The notes under the pieces were generated by a model. It was not told where the DNA came from and did no database searches. It worked only from the letters and a program-made list of their open reading frames with translations. A program made the position numbers and the translations under genes. DNA of 64,000 nucleotides from Felis catus (lineage: Eukaryota), in NCBI RefSeq assembly GCF_018350175.1, contig NC_058368.1, positions 38,318,001-38,382,000 of the forward strand. Reading direction: 5' to 3'. Numbering within the stretch: the first letter of the stretch is position 1; every line of letters begins with the position of its first letter. This document shows, one piece after another, positions 51,681-64,000 of this stretch.

Positions 51681-52335
51681 AAAAAAAAAAAAAAACAACA
51701 TTAAAAAAACCAGGATCTCAAAGAGATATTTGCACTCCCATGTTATTTGTAGCAGTATTCACAATAGCCAAGATTAGGAAATAAACTATGTGTCCTACAA
51801 TGGATGAATGGATAGAGAAGTTGTGGTATATATACAAAAATGAGTATTATTCAGCAATGGGAAAGAAGGAAATCCTGCAATGTGAGACAACACAGATGGA
51901 TCCTGAAGGCATTATGCTAAGTGAAATAAGTCAGAGAAAAACAAGTATTAGATGGTATCACCTATATGTAGAATCTTAAAAAGCTGAACTCACAGATACA
52001 GTGAGTTCAGGGGTGTTTTTCAGGGGCCTAAGGGAAATAGGGAGATTGTGGTCAAAGATACAAACTCCCCATTATAAAACGAATAAATTCTGGGATCTAA
52101 TTTACAGTGTGGTGATTATAGTTAACAATACTGTATTATATAATTGAAAGTCACTGAGAGTAAGTCTTAAATTTTGCCACCATAAAAAAAGGTAATTATG
52201 TTATTTGATGGAGTCTTTAGGTAATACTATGGTGGTAATCATTTTGCAATATAGTAGTGTATCGTATCAATACATTTTACATCTTAAGCTTACACAATAT
52301 TATATGTAAATTATATCTCAGTAAAGCTGGGGGGA
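50975..52335 (+). mobile_element. 5'-truncated old L1 (3' end)
   Basis: ATCTGATAAAGGGCTAATATCC, GGATGAATGGATAGAGAAG, and 3' end TTATATCTCAGTAAAGCTGGGG. Confidence 0.9.
51419..51706 (+). mobile_element. Can-SINE with two long (CT)n tracts, nested in L1
   Basis: TSD AAAACAGGATCACA (51405-51418) / AAACCAGGATCTCA (51707-51720). Confidence 0.94.
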
Positions 52336-52359
52336 GGGAGAACAGCATCAAACCACCCA

Positions 52360-52647
52360 GAAAATGTTAGAAATATTTGCAAACTGTATCTGATAAGAGG
52401 TTAATATCCTGAATACACAGAAAACTCCTAAAACTCAACAGTAGAGAACACAAAATGATTTAAATGGATAAGAGCCTGAATAGACATGCTCTGAATAGAC
52501 ATAACGTCTTCTGGGAATAGACCAGAAGATATTCAAATGGCCAATAAACACATGAAGAGTTAGTTGTTCAATATCACTAATGTTTAAGGAAATGCAAATC
52601 CAAACCACGATGATAAAGTACTTCACGTTCATTGGGGTGTCTATTAT

Positions 52648-52687
<40 letters not shown>

Positions 52688-53337
52688 ACAAGTGTTGATA
52701 AGGATGTGAGGAAATTGGAACATTTGTATCCTGTTACTGAGAATGAAAAATGGTATACCTGGTGTCAAAACCAGTATGGAAATTACTGAAAAAAATGCAA
52801 ATAGCATTACCATATGATCCAGCAATTCCATTTTCTGCAACTGAAAACAGAAACTAGAATATATATTTGTACACCTATTTTTAGAGCAGCATTATTTGAA
52901 ATAGCCAACAAGTAGAATCAACCCAAATGTCCACAGACAGATGAATGGATAATGGTATATACATACAGTGTAATATTCAACCTTAGAATAAAGGAAATTC
53001 TGATACATGCTCCAACATTAAGGATCCTTGAAGATCTTATGTGAAGTGAAATAAACCCATCAGAAAAGAACAAGTATATAGGAATCTAATATATGATTCC
53101 TCTTATATTAGAGCCAGAAGAATTGTGGTTGCCAGGTATAGGAGGTGAGAGGAACCAGAATTAATGTTTTAATGAGTACAGAATTTTAGTTTTGCAAGAT
53201 GAGAAGAGTTCTGTGGATGGATGATGATGCTGGTCACCCAACAACGTGAATGTACTGAATGTCACATAACTGTAACCTAAACATGGTTAAGATGGTAACT
53301 TTTTTTTTGGTTATGTGTATTTTACCACAATTAAAAT
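52360..53337 (+). mobile_element. Old L1MB-type 3' fragment containing a (CA)n at 52651-52683
   Basis: TATCTGATAAGAGGTTAATATCC...GCAAGATGAGAAGAGTTCTGTGGATGG...TTTTACCACAATTAAAA. Confidence 0.85.
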
Positions 53338-54689
53338 TTTGCAGCATGTTTTGAATAGGAAACTTTTGTTTTACTTTGTATTCTGTCATATTCGGTTTTC
53401 ATCCTTTTTAGAAGGATGAGCAGAAATTTTGTTTTATTGATTTTTTTGGCTTATTTATATTGGTGGCATGCCCACCCCAGACTCTGAATTCAAGCAGTGA
53501 GTGTGCTTCTTTCTTGTGCTTTTCATGGTGAACGTTTAACCTTTATTATTTTATTGCAGAGGGGTTGAATTTCCATTGGCCAAAGACCATTTCTGGGCCA
53601 GTACTCAGCAGACCAATACCTCGGCCCCTACCTGCTTTACAATTCTAATTTCTAATTTCATTTCCAATTCAAGGTGATGCTTACGTTTTTGGAACACTGT
53701 TAAGTATTTGGGGCTAATTCTTTTTATTATTTATTATTGCAATGAAATTATACAAGAGATTATAGTTTACAGAATGAGCCATCTTTACCATCTGACAGGA
53801 ATTGGTGAAACTCTAGTAACTCAGAAAATTTAATGAGGCTTATTTTGCATTTTGGCACAGTGGACGCAGCAGAAATATGGCATACGTCACACAGTAGTAG
53901 AGATTCCATGAATCTGGACCCTGATAAACTAAAAATACATTCATGCAAATATATACCCTCTAAGTCATTTAATAAATTTAAGTATATGAAATCATTTGGA
54001 AAATACTCTGAGTCATGAAAATACTTTTTGCAAATTTAAAAATAGAAATATGATTACTGATTTTGCATGTTCTATGGCTTTACATTCATATTTGTTTTTC
54101 TTGGCTTGAGTATCTGTAAGACCTACTCTAACCTGTGTAGCTGCTTTCAACTCTTTAGAGCAGAATGAAATTTAAGGAAAAACTATCTTGTCTGAAATAT
54201 TTTATGGTGCCCAAAAAGACACAAAAGCATTATATTACAGATTAATTATCCATTATAAATAATCAAAGATGCTACTCATTCTGGTTCATAATACAAACTC
54301 ATTGTAGATCAACATCTATAATTTGTAGCAAGTTGCTATACAACTTACTACATTGGGTCTTGTATTTGAAATCTCTTGACATGTTCTGTATTTATGTTGT
54401 ATTAATCTATTGTCAAGACTCTCCCCATCAATAACTATATGATTTCATAATACAACACAATTTAAGCTGTTGCAGAGGATGGCTGTCATTTTTGAATGTT
54501 CACTTCATTAATCATCAATTTGAATTGTATCACACATAACCATAATTTTAAATCAGGTTATTCCAAATATAATCTCAAAGTTAAGTGAATATCAATCGTC
54601 AGCGGGGTATCGATGAGCATTCGGGTTAAAGCAAGTCATCCATTGCTAGTAAAAGATTTATCCAAAATGAGGTGACAGTACAATTCATG

Positions 54690-56165
54690 AAACTTACACA
54701 GAGCCAAAAACACAAAATCTACTTCTTTCAGAAAATCATTAAGTTGATAAATCTCTAAGAGTAATGAGGAGGAAAAGATAAAACACACACAAAAAAAGCC
54801 AGGACCAGGAATGAGAGCAGTAACAGAACTACAGAATTCAACAGATATGAAAAGAATAATAAGGGGATATTATGGACCATTTTACAGCCCCATATTTAAC
54901 AGTACAAATGAAATAGACAAACCTCTTGAAAGACAGAATCTATCAAAACCTACTCAAAGGAAATACAGAACTTGATTAGCCCTGTATACATTAAAGAAAT
55001 TGAATTTGTAATTTAAAACACTCTCAAACAGAAAGTTTTACGCCCAGTTGACACCACTGGTGAATTATACCAAAGAGGAAAGAAAAAAATGCCACCTGTA
55101 CCTAAACTATCCCAAAAATTGAAGAGAAGGGAATACTTCAAACTTCATCTTAAAAGATGTTGATTCTATAATATCAGAGATAGCAGGCTAAGAAAGAATA
55201 CTACAGATTATGATCCCATATAAGTATAGATGCAAAACTTCTACCAATTCAAATCCAACAATTATATAAAAAATGGTAATACATTATGACCAAGTTTATC
55301 CCAAGAATGGAATGTTCGTTTAATTGTAGAAAATCAATGTCTTCACTGTATTAAAAGTATAAAAAAGAAAAGCTGTATGGTAACCAAGAGATTCATTAAA
55401 AGTATTTCATAAAATCTAACATATATTCCTGATTCTTATCAATAATAATAAGCAAATAGCAGTTTATTATGGAGGGAACTTCCTTAGCTTGATTTTAAAA
55501 ATCTACAAAAAAAATCTGTACATAACATCTTATTTCATAGTTACTGTCTGACACTTTCTCACTAAGATTATAAACATGATAAGGATGTTTGTCCCACCAC
55601 TTCTATTAAGCATTATACTGACGATTCTTGTAATTGCAATAATGCAAAAATTAAACAAAATTCATCTACATATGGAAGAAGTAAAACTGTGTATATCCAC
55701 TGATAACGATTGTCTATGTAGAAAATTCTCTGGCATCTACAAAAAAAATACTGTATCTAATAAATGAAGTTACTAATATTTCAGGTTACAAACTATATTA
55801 AAAATAATTGTATTTCTATGTGCTAGCAACACTAGATATTAGGATTTTTTAAAAAATACTATTTTTACAATATCAGAAGTATAAAGTTTTAGATAAATTT
55901 GTAAAACTATGTCACAAATTTGTATATTGAAAACTATTAAACACTGATCAGTTTTAAAAGGAAAGATTAAATAAGTGAAGAAATAAATCATCTTCATGAA
56001 TCAGGATACTCAATGTTCTTAGTTCTCAATTTTCAAAAAATCGACCCATGGATTCAACAAAATTCTAATCATAGTCATAAGATGATTTTTTTAATTAAAA
56101 TGGTCAAGTATATTCTAGAATTTATATGGATCCATAACATCTAAAACAACTTAGAAAAAAAACCT
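54690..56165 (+). mobile_element. Highly degenerate L1M ORF2 fragment
   Basis: ATGAAATAGACAAACCTCTTGAAAGAC, CACTGGTGAATTATACCAA, ATAGATGCAAAACTT and CTAGAATTTATATGGA occur in L1 ORF2 order. Confidence 0.75.
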
Positions 56166-56939
56166 TCAAAGATTTATTATCTTGACTGATGGTTTCATGA
56201 TTTCCTAGAAACCGAGTCTAAGATCTGGACTGGTGTTAAGGTTAAACAGTTACTAAGAAGGGCATTTAGATCTGTATCCAGATAACCTAATTCCAGAGCT
56301 CCCTGACCAAAACAACACTTCGCACTCAGCACTTATTTCTTTAATAACGAATTTTATCTCTTTTCATTTGCTGCAGTCTATAGAGATTTCCAGAAAATGA
56401 ATCCATTTTGAGACTGCCCTGGAGAAGCAGACAAAAACGTATGTCATTAACATAAAATGATTATTTGACTAACAGGTGTTAAAGCTAAATCATAGAACAT
56501 AGTGATTTTATCTGTTAGCCTGGAGGCAGTATATCAGAAATGGTCTTAATCATGTAAGGCAGGACCTCCAGAGTTTACTAAATAGAGTACTAAGTACCAA
56601 CTAGCGTTACAAGGTCATGTGAGACATCTAGAATTCAATATCCTGTTTTCTAAAGGCACAAGTACCTTTCTGTTATAGGATTCTGTTTTTGAGAATCCTA
56701 TCACCTGCCAAGTTATCAATTATTTAAGTCAAAGCAACTATATTATTATCTCCAAATTTAATGCTGTCTCCCTTTTGTAAATCTTACCCACAAAAAAATC
56801 CATTTATCATTTATATTTCAGGTCCGTGGTACAATATCCTGAACATTCTTTCCAATCATCACAGTTTACTTTGCTCTTTCCTCTAAAATGTATGTCACTT
56901 ATTATTGGTGATACTCATACAGCACCTAGCATTTGATGC

Positions 56940-57065
56940 TTTGTTTAGTAACTTTTATATACTACCATTAGATTATAAACTCATGGAGGACAAAAGCACA
57001 TCTTTGTTTCGTTCGTAGTACTTTCTGCAGTGCTCCAGACTCAATACTCAATTGTTGAATAAATC
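56940..57065 (+). mobile_element. L2 3'-end relic
   Basis: CCATTAGATTATAAACTCATGGAGGACAAAAGCAC...TACTCAATTGTTGAATAAAT. Confidence 0.55.
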
Positions 57066-60000
57066 ATGATAGTTGCCTTTAATCAATTGCTCTTCCAAGA
57101 TGCCAGAAAAGGAGTCCATTGTGATGTTGAATTTGAAACATACACAAAAGAGCTGCTGCTTCTACAGATAGGAGTCACTAGTTCAAAGCTCCGTAGGGAA
57201 CAGATTCTTTGGAGACAGGAAAAGCCCATTATCAGAAAAACATGACAGGACCCAAAGTGTATGCACAGAGCTATGTGGCCATTTTTATACTGTTGAATTT
57301 GTGAATTCATTACCATAATTTCAAATAGATGCTATTTAATGTTTTTCACTTTATCTTGAAGCTATTTGTTCTAGTTCATGTTAATTTCTTAAGGCTAAAA
57401 CTTCATTAGAAAACAAAATTTGAAAGATTTTTCTTCTCGTTTAATGGTTTAAAAATCTACAAAATGTAGGTGCAGTATAAAGCAACATAAACAGTTCAAA
57501 AGTAAACCCTTTTGGTACATATTAGCCAGCAGGACAAAAAAATGACTTTTGGAGTGAAAACCTTATTATGGACAATATATGATGTGCAAAAAATATATTG
57601 TTTGAGACACTCATACTTAAGAAATTTCACAGGACAGTAGGTAACTTCTTACTAACAGCCTTCTATTAAAGTTTGCTTTTGAGCAGTACATTAAATAAGT
57701 GGAAGAAAGAATGAATGTAGCTTTTCAAGTCCAACGCACAGTTTTGCAGTATTTGCAACAGTGATTTGTGAAAGAAAATTACTTCCTGGGAAGAAGTTTA
57801 AATTATTTTTATATAGGGATTTTCAGTTTTAAAACATTAACAGCTTTCGGTGCAGGATACAATTATTTGCTTAAGGGCATTTCTCATTGATCATAAACTG
57901 TATTATGTTCTCTTTGTGTGTGGGGGGGTTGTTAAACATGCTGCAGGGTCAGTCTGTTGTAAAGGTTTCATGTTTTATTTTCAGCATTTATGTAAGCTTC
58001 ACTATGCTCATTTTCTAATATGATTAGATGGTTGTAAATAAAATGCACTGAAGCAGATACAATCTAATAATAACAATGCGGAGCAACTGGAAAGATTCTA
58101 TAATAGCAGTGAGATTCTTCGGAAAGGCAAAGATAGAAGTGCGTTTCATTTGAATTATCAATAACAAAGCAGTACCAAAAACATCTGAAATATCATAAAG
58201 AGCAGCCTGTGTGCAGAGACCCCTTTTCTAATTTCATGAATCGGCCTCCATTTACTCCTCCAAGCAAGCAAGAATGTACTTTTGGAAAAGCAATGCAATA
58301 CTTAATCCATTCTGACAGAATCTTTAATAGTGCATTCTGGTGATAAGAGTGCTCAAATGGCTGTGGTGCCCAGTGAAACAGAGCCTAATTATCTTAAACC
58401 ATTGTGGAAGGCTGTATTTATTTATCAGTGGGAGGTGTGAAAGAAGGAAAAAAAGGAAACTTATTTGGATGAAGGTTATGAGAAGTGCAGTTTAACTGTC
58501 ACTATAAAAATAAAATGTGCGTGGGAGACAGGTTTAGAAAAAAATGTGTTGTCCTTTTTTCCTTAAAAGAAAAAAAAAATAGCCGAGGTTAGACTCCATG
58601 TTAAACTGCTATTTTTTTTTAACACTTTTAATTTTTTGAGCCAGTAGAAAAGTAATCACTTCAATTTCTATTTCAGTATTTTAAATTATATTTTCAGGAA
58701 AGATTTCATGAAGACATTTTTTATTGTGATAACTGAGTTCACCAACAAAATGCCTTAAATAAAAATCATAGTAACATTGTCTAGGACTAGAATCTTTTGT
58801 AGCTTTATCTTTTCTATGTTTCTAAGAATAGAACGCTGGGAATTGCCACAGTATTGCAAAGGGCTTGCATGCCTGGTCTAAAGATTTCCTAGAAAAAAAG
58901 AATCATTTTAGGTATTAAATTGCTTTGCAAATAGCGAGTAAGAAGTGAATGTTTTAAGTTCCCCCTGTGTACCAACTATCATATGTACATTACCCCCCTC
59001 ACTAGGTTTATAAGTGTCGGTTGTACTTTATTTTCCTTATTGTATTAACCCTTTATTATGTCTGTTGTAGCCTTAACATATTTGTTTCAAGCCTATAACT
59101 TTGCCCAGCTCATTGATACAAGATTGGAAAGCCATGTTGAGAGGCTTTGATCATCATTACAAAACCTACAATGGGCAGCTCTGTTCTGAGAAAGAGTTCT
59201 CTGATACCCTTACTTTTCTTTCCCCCAAATTTACACAAAACCTACTTTCACACACACCTCATCTGGAGTTAATGATCCCTTCTTTTTTCTCATGTGTTCA
59301 TTTTTGTCATGTTCCATAGTTTCACACAGTGGATTCCAAATAACTGTTTGTGTTACTTGCTTTCTCTGTTTAATTGTGAGTTGAGGCCAAGAAACTCGTT
59401 AAACTAATCTTTCACAACTAAGTTAGTAATGAGCGATCAGTATGCATTCACTACACGTTTGTGAAATAAAGGAATGCATAAAAAGACAAAGGTCTATTAC
59501 TGCATTTTTAGTATATCACCATAATTTTTAGATTTACCCCTGCATTTTTGGTACCTTTCATTCTGTACTTCTCTCCTTCTCACTAGATAACTATGGCAAT
59601 ATTTATTAATTCAGAACGATAAACTTGTTGAAATGTATTCCTCTTGTGAAATATGCAGCTACTTTGTATTTTTAAAAATGTAATTACAGAAGACAGAGTA
59701 AGTGTAAAATTCTTACATTATCACAGTGAATATCTTTTAAAAGTCAATTTATTCAGAAAGACAACACAAGTTAGTTTATTTTAGAGATCTGGCATGTTAA
59801 CAACTCCAGCACGAGGTGAATATTTATTATAAATCTGTACACATCGTCTTGAAAATAATGGCTTAAGATGGAAAGGCAGTCTTCAACTAAAATCTGATGT
59901 GCAGTTGGAAGCTGTCGAATTAACTCATTTTTTTCAAATCTGTTATCTTCCTCTTTTATCAGTTTTATACTTATTGAATACTTACATAAAATAGGAGTAA

Positions 60001-60189
60001 TTGTAAGCGTACTTTCTAAAAGGAAGCATGGATATAAACCTGAACAGTTTAGTTGGATCCTCAAGAAGTGTTTTTGAGTATTTACCTCAAGAAGTTCTCT
60101 GTACCTACTCAATTTTTAATATTATAAGTGATAAACGTAAGGAAAAATATATGTATAATTTCAGATATTATAATGGTGTCTGGAGTCTG

Positions 60190-60375
60190 GGCCAAAAGAA
60201 AGAGCTTTTGCTATATATGGATGATTTCAGTCAAGCTACTAATCTTTTCCATGTCTTATTTCCCTCGTGTGTGGTAAGGTGATTAAAAAAATAGTAACTA
60301 CTTCATAGATGTCTAAAAGTTAAAAAAAGTCATGAATGTAAAGAAAATATATAATGTCTGACTAAATATTCAAGG
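60190..60375 (+). mobile_element. MIR relic
   Basis: GATTTCAGTCAAGCTACTAATCTTTTCCATGTCTTATTTCCCTC...AATAGTAACTACTTCATAG. Confidence 0.5.
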
Positions 60376-62212
60376 AAGGTAAGATTATTTTTTGTAGATT
60401 TTTGTTGATAATGTTAATATTACTAATAATGATTCATGGATACAATCAAGCATATATATTTTTACCACTAAACATCACTGAAAAAGAAAACATAATATTG
60501 AAATTGAACATAGGAACCTTGTCACTTAAAGTTGTAAAATATGGCTGACCACCTTTCAATAGAGAGGCATGTTGTTTTATTAATATAAATATGAGCACTT
60601 GAGCTGATTTAAGAACATAGGAATATTAAATATGAATGGTTAATGTATTGCTGATTTATAACTTTATAAATTATTTTAAACGATTTATTAATTTATTACA
60701 CTTATAAGTCACTTTATGTAATGAAAATGTTTTAATCATAATTTCACTTTCAAGCATTCTAGCATGTGGCTCTTTACGAAGTTATAATTTGTATTTGAAT
60801 GTACAACATTAATATGCAAAAAACAGCAAAACTCAATTCAAGTAGGCACATTCATGCACATAGAGGCTATTAGTGAAGGCTATTTCTTCTCACCCATAAT
60901 GTAAAATAATCTTTCTCAAAATAGCAAAAGCAAAGATTTGCTCAGTTGGGTCTTTTTTTCTCATTCATTTCATAATTTGTTGAATTTACATTTAAATTAT
61001 AGGAATTTTATTTCCCATGAAAGTGAGAGAATAAATTCATGTAATTATTTACTAATGTCTACAATGCCTAAGTTTGGTTTGATTCCTATGTACATTAACA
61101 CATTTTGGTTGATTGTAGCATATGGAAGAATAATTCATTATATTAGCCCTTTTCTCCTTTTCTTTGAGAATGCAAAAGAAAGAACATTTCTGAGACATTT
61201 TTATACCTCTATGATGTCAATGAAATATTGACCTCAGGAATTTAGCTTAAATAATTAAGTTTTGATATGTTAGCTTGATCATTGCATTATATGAAACATA
61301 AATATCTGGGACGGCATTCTTTTCTAACTCTGAACCAGATTTCTATGCATTATAAAATCCAAAATGACTAACATGAGTCTATATAATGACATAGACTTAT
61401 AGTCAGTATATTCAATTATTACTGGAATAGAAGATGAACCTGGATAAGAACATTGCCGTTTTTTTTTAATTGCCTATGCTCCTATTTCTATTTGTTATCA
61501 ATACTGATGTTTTATTTTTGTTAGGTAGACAAAAAAATTGAGTCTATATTTTATGTGAGAGATACCAATGTATGAAGCCATAACAAATCTGAGGTAAAGG
61601 TAAAAATATCCTATTTTCTTACATAGCATCTCCCTGAATCTAAGGCAGTGAAAGTGATTTTCAACCTGTTAGCCAACTCTAGAGTAAGAATTGGAGTTTT
61701 CTTTCCCCAGAGCACATGGGAACTGTGTGGCTACCTTAAAGAAAATTGAAGTTACTCCCAAGAGAAGATGGTTTGGGAGGAAATAGCAATGTATACTTTA
61801 GGCCCTAACACCAGTAATAGTCTATATAGATATTGTGCATATGGCTTATCAAAAGAAGAAAGCAGCATGTGATAATCCAATCTACTGCCATAAATCATTT
61901 AATGCCATAAATCATTCATTTATGAATAAAATCATTTCTATGAATATATATATGAATATATATTTCTATGAATATATTTCTATGAATATATATATATAAG
62001 TGATTTAAAAAGAGCTAACAGAGTACTTTATATAAGTTAAATATTGTTTTAAGTACATAAAAGATCTTTTTGAATCACCACAACTACCTAAGGATATAAG
62101 TGCATTTTAGAATCACTCAATACTTCAACAATGCAATGATTACATATTTGATATGAAGGTATTAGCAAACAGATTTAATATGTATTTGAAATTGTCTTTT
62201 TGGTGTTCATGT

Positions 62213-62214
<2 letters not shown>

Positions 62215-62262
<48 letters not shown>
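62215..62262. repeat. (AC)24 microsatellite
   Basis: Directly visible. Confidence 0.97.
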
Positions 62263-62264
<2 letters not shown>

Positions 62265-64000
62265 GTTGCTCCCAGTTTAGGCAATAGAAATTAACAACAA
62301 AGCTTAGTGAAATCATTAGTTTGTGCCAGTAAACAATGCCAGTTATGTAACAGTTAATCCGAGGTATTCATGAGGGATAAAGAAAAAACCTTATCAATCC
62401 CAGAATTGGTATTCTGGTTTTATTTTTTTCTTTAAATGATCTGTGCCTGAAAAGTAAAAGATTACTTAAATTCAGTGTTCTGCAACAGTTGGATTTTAGT
62501 ACACAGTCGTGCAAATTTAGTCAAAGAGAATAAAGCTGACAATTTAGTGGGCATTGGTCCATTACTTCACCCTAAAGTAAGATCCAATGAAACAATGATA
62601 AAACTTTAATTCCTCATCTGGTCTAGACTAAACTATATGTTAGGGGGTTTTGTTCATTTTTAGATAAAACATGAGTATAGCAACCTAAAATGCTAATCTC
62701 AGAATATTTTGGATAATTCAAATTCATGTGGAGGTTTCAGTGAAGTATGAAGAGAAAACAAGTCAAATTTGTGTCAAGATTTACTTGGATAGTAGAGTTT
62801 TGAAAAATTAATTTAAAATGTTGATCATTAAATGTCTTTTAGCATGGGATTTGGGCTTTGGCAGGATTCCATAATCACATATAGCTTGTAACAAAACATG
62901 CATTTGAAGAAATCTGGTGGAAAACTGTTAACAATAACTTCACAGCAGTCTGTATCAAGTAGTTTTAGTTTGGCAACATCATACAGGGAGATACTTCTTG
63001 CCAAAAGATCCTTTGCTGAGGTACTTATGGGGAAAGACAGTGTACTCGCAGCGTGCAAATTTCAGTTTTGATAATAAACTCCACACATGTACTGTATGTG
63101 GTCTTTGTGGGCATCCGAATACATACTCGCCAGAATTTGCCAAGTGTATTTGGAAAGCTCTAAAATATTTATTTTAAAGGGGAAATTCTTGTCTTATCAA
63201 CATTTATTAATGCTGTCTGAAGTTAAACATTGATTGAGAATATTTGGACAAAAGAAAATACCAACAGGATGGAAGGGTACTGATACATGTAGCTGCCAAG
63301 AGAAGATTAAATCAGAAAGAGAATAATTAGAGAGTGGGAGTGTTGAGATTTATCATGAAGCTACATCTCAAATCATTTAGACACATGAAGTCAATGCATA
63401 AAAACAGAATCCCCTGAAGGATTTTTTTATGGTTGTTGTATAAAGAAATAGTCTCAGAGTCCAACTCAGAGTAAGATCCAGAAATTGCTGCAAAGATCCA
63501 GTTAAGAAATTGTTGGAAAATGTAGGACAGAAGTAAATATAATAGGGATAGCTAGGCAAGAAAGAAAAAGAGGGAAGTTGACTCTTTGACCCAGCTACTC
63601 TTTGACCCAGATGAATATGACAATTCTATAATGGAGATAAATTTAAACTCTAACCTGAAAAAAAATATGTTTTTACAATGAATATCCAGAATTGCTTTAT
63701 GCTGTAGGATTAGAAGAGGAGACAGCATACATTAGTTACTTGGTTTCTAGGGTTACTTTCCTCATTATTCCAAAATAAATTTAAAAGCTAACGTGTAAGA
63801 TATGGATAATTGATTTTGTACTATACTCTGAACACATCCAACAGAAGATTCAGAAAATATACCATGATGCACTGCATGTCCCTATTAGTCATGTTATGCA
63901 GTCTTTTGTAGAGGTATATTTTGACCTCTTTTATGCAAATGGCAATGCAGCAGTAAGGAAAATCAATTTAAACTTTAAAGAAATAAATAATCTTAAGGGA

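Noticed and set aside
61885..62000. Short AT-rich direct repeats (TGCCATAAATCATT twice; TTTCTATGAATATA three times)
   Set aside because: Ordinary slippage duplications; not CRISPR-like and in a eukaryotic context.
62828..63058. 76-aa minus-strand ORF
   Set aside because: Non-ATG start, no recognisable homology, length within chance expectation.
63581..63610. ACTCTTTGACCCAG tandem duplication (a similar case lies at 39467-39501)
   Set aside because: Simple local tandem duplications with no further structure.

Overview
AT-rich, repeat-dense mammalian genomic DNA, almost certainly from a felid: many tRNA-derived Can-SINEs of the SINEC_Fc type and a young feline-type LINE-1 family are present. 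I recognised no host protein-coding exon. The main feature is a full-length (~5.94 kb) minus-strand L1 at ~14970-20906 with target-site duplication (TSD), CpG-rich 5'UTR and YY1 site. Its ORF1 and ORF2 are each broken by a single in-frame nonsense codon. The window also holds 5'-truncated copies of the same family, a 13.5-kb stack of older plus-strand L1s (42.7-56.2 kb), an ERVL/LTR16-like proviral remnant interrupted by a MER34-like LTR, and MIR, L2 and MER5 relics. The best leads are: an ORF0-like antisense ORF in the L1 5'UTR, a six-site CAGATG E-box cluster (28.1-28.65 kb), a 70-nt pre-miRNA-like hairpin (39774-39843), two ~140-bp L1-tail insertions with nearly the same 5' breakpoint, and two unexplained inserts inside an old L1. 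Repeat subfamily names come from remembered consensus similarity, not from a database search.
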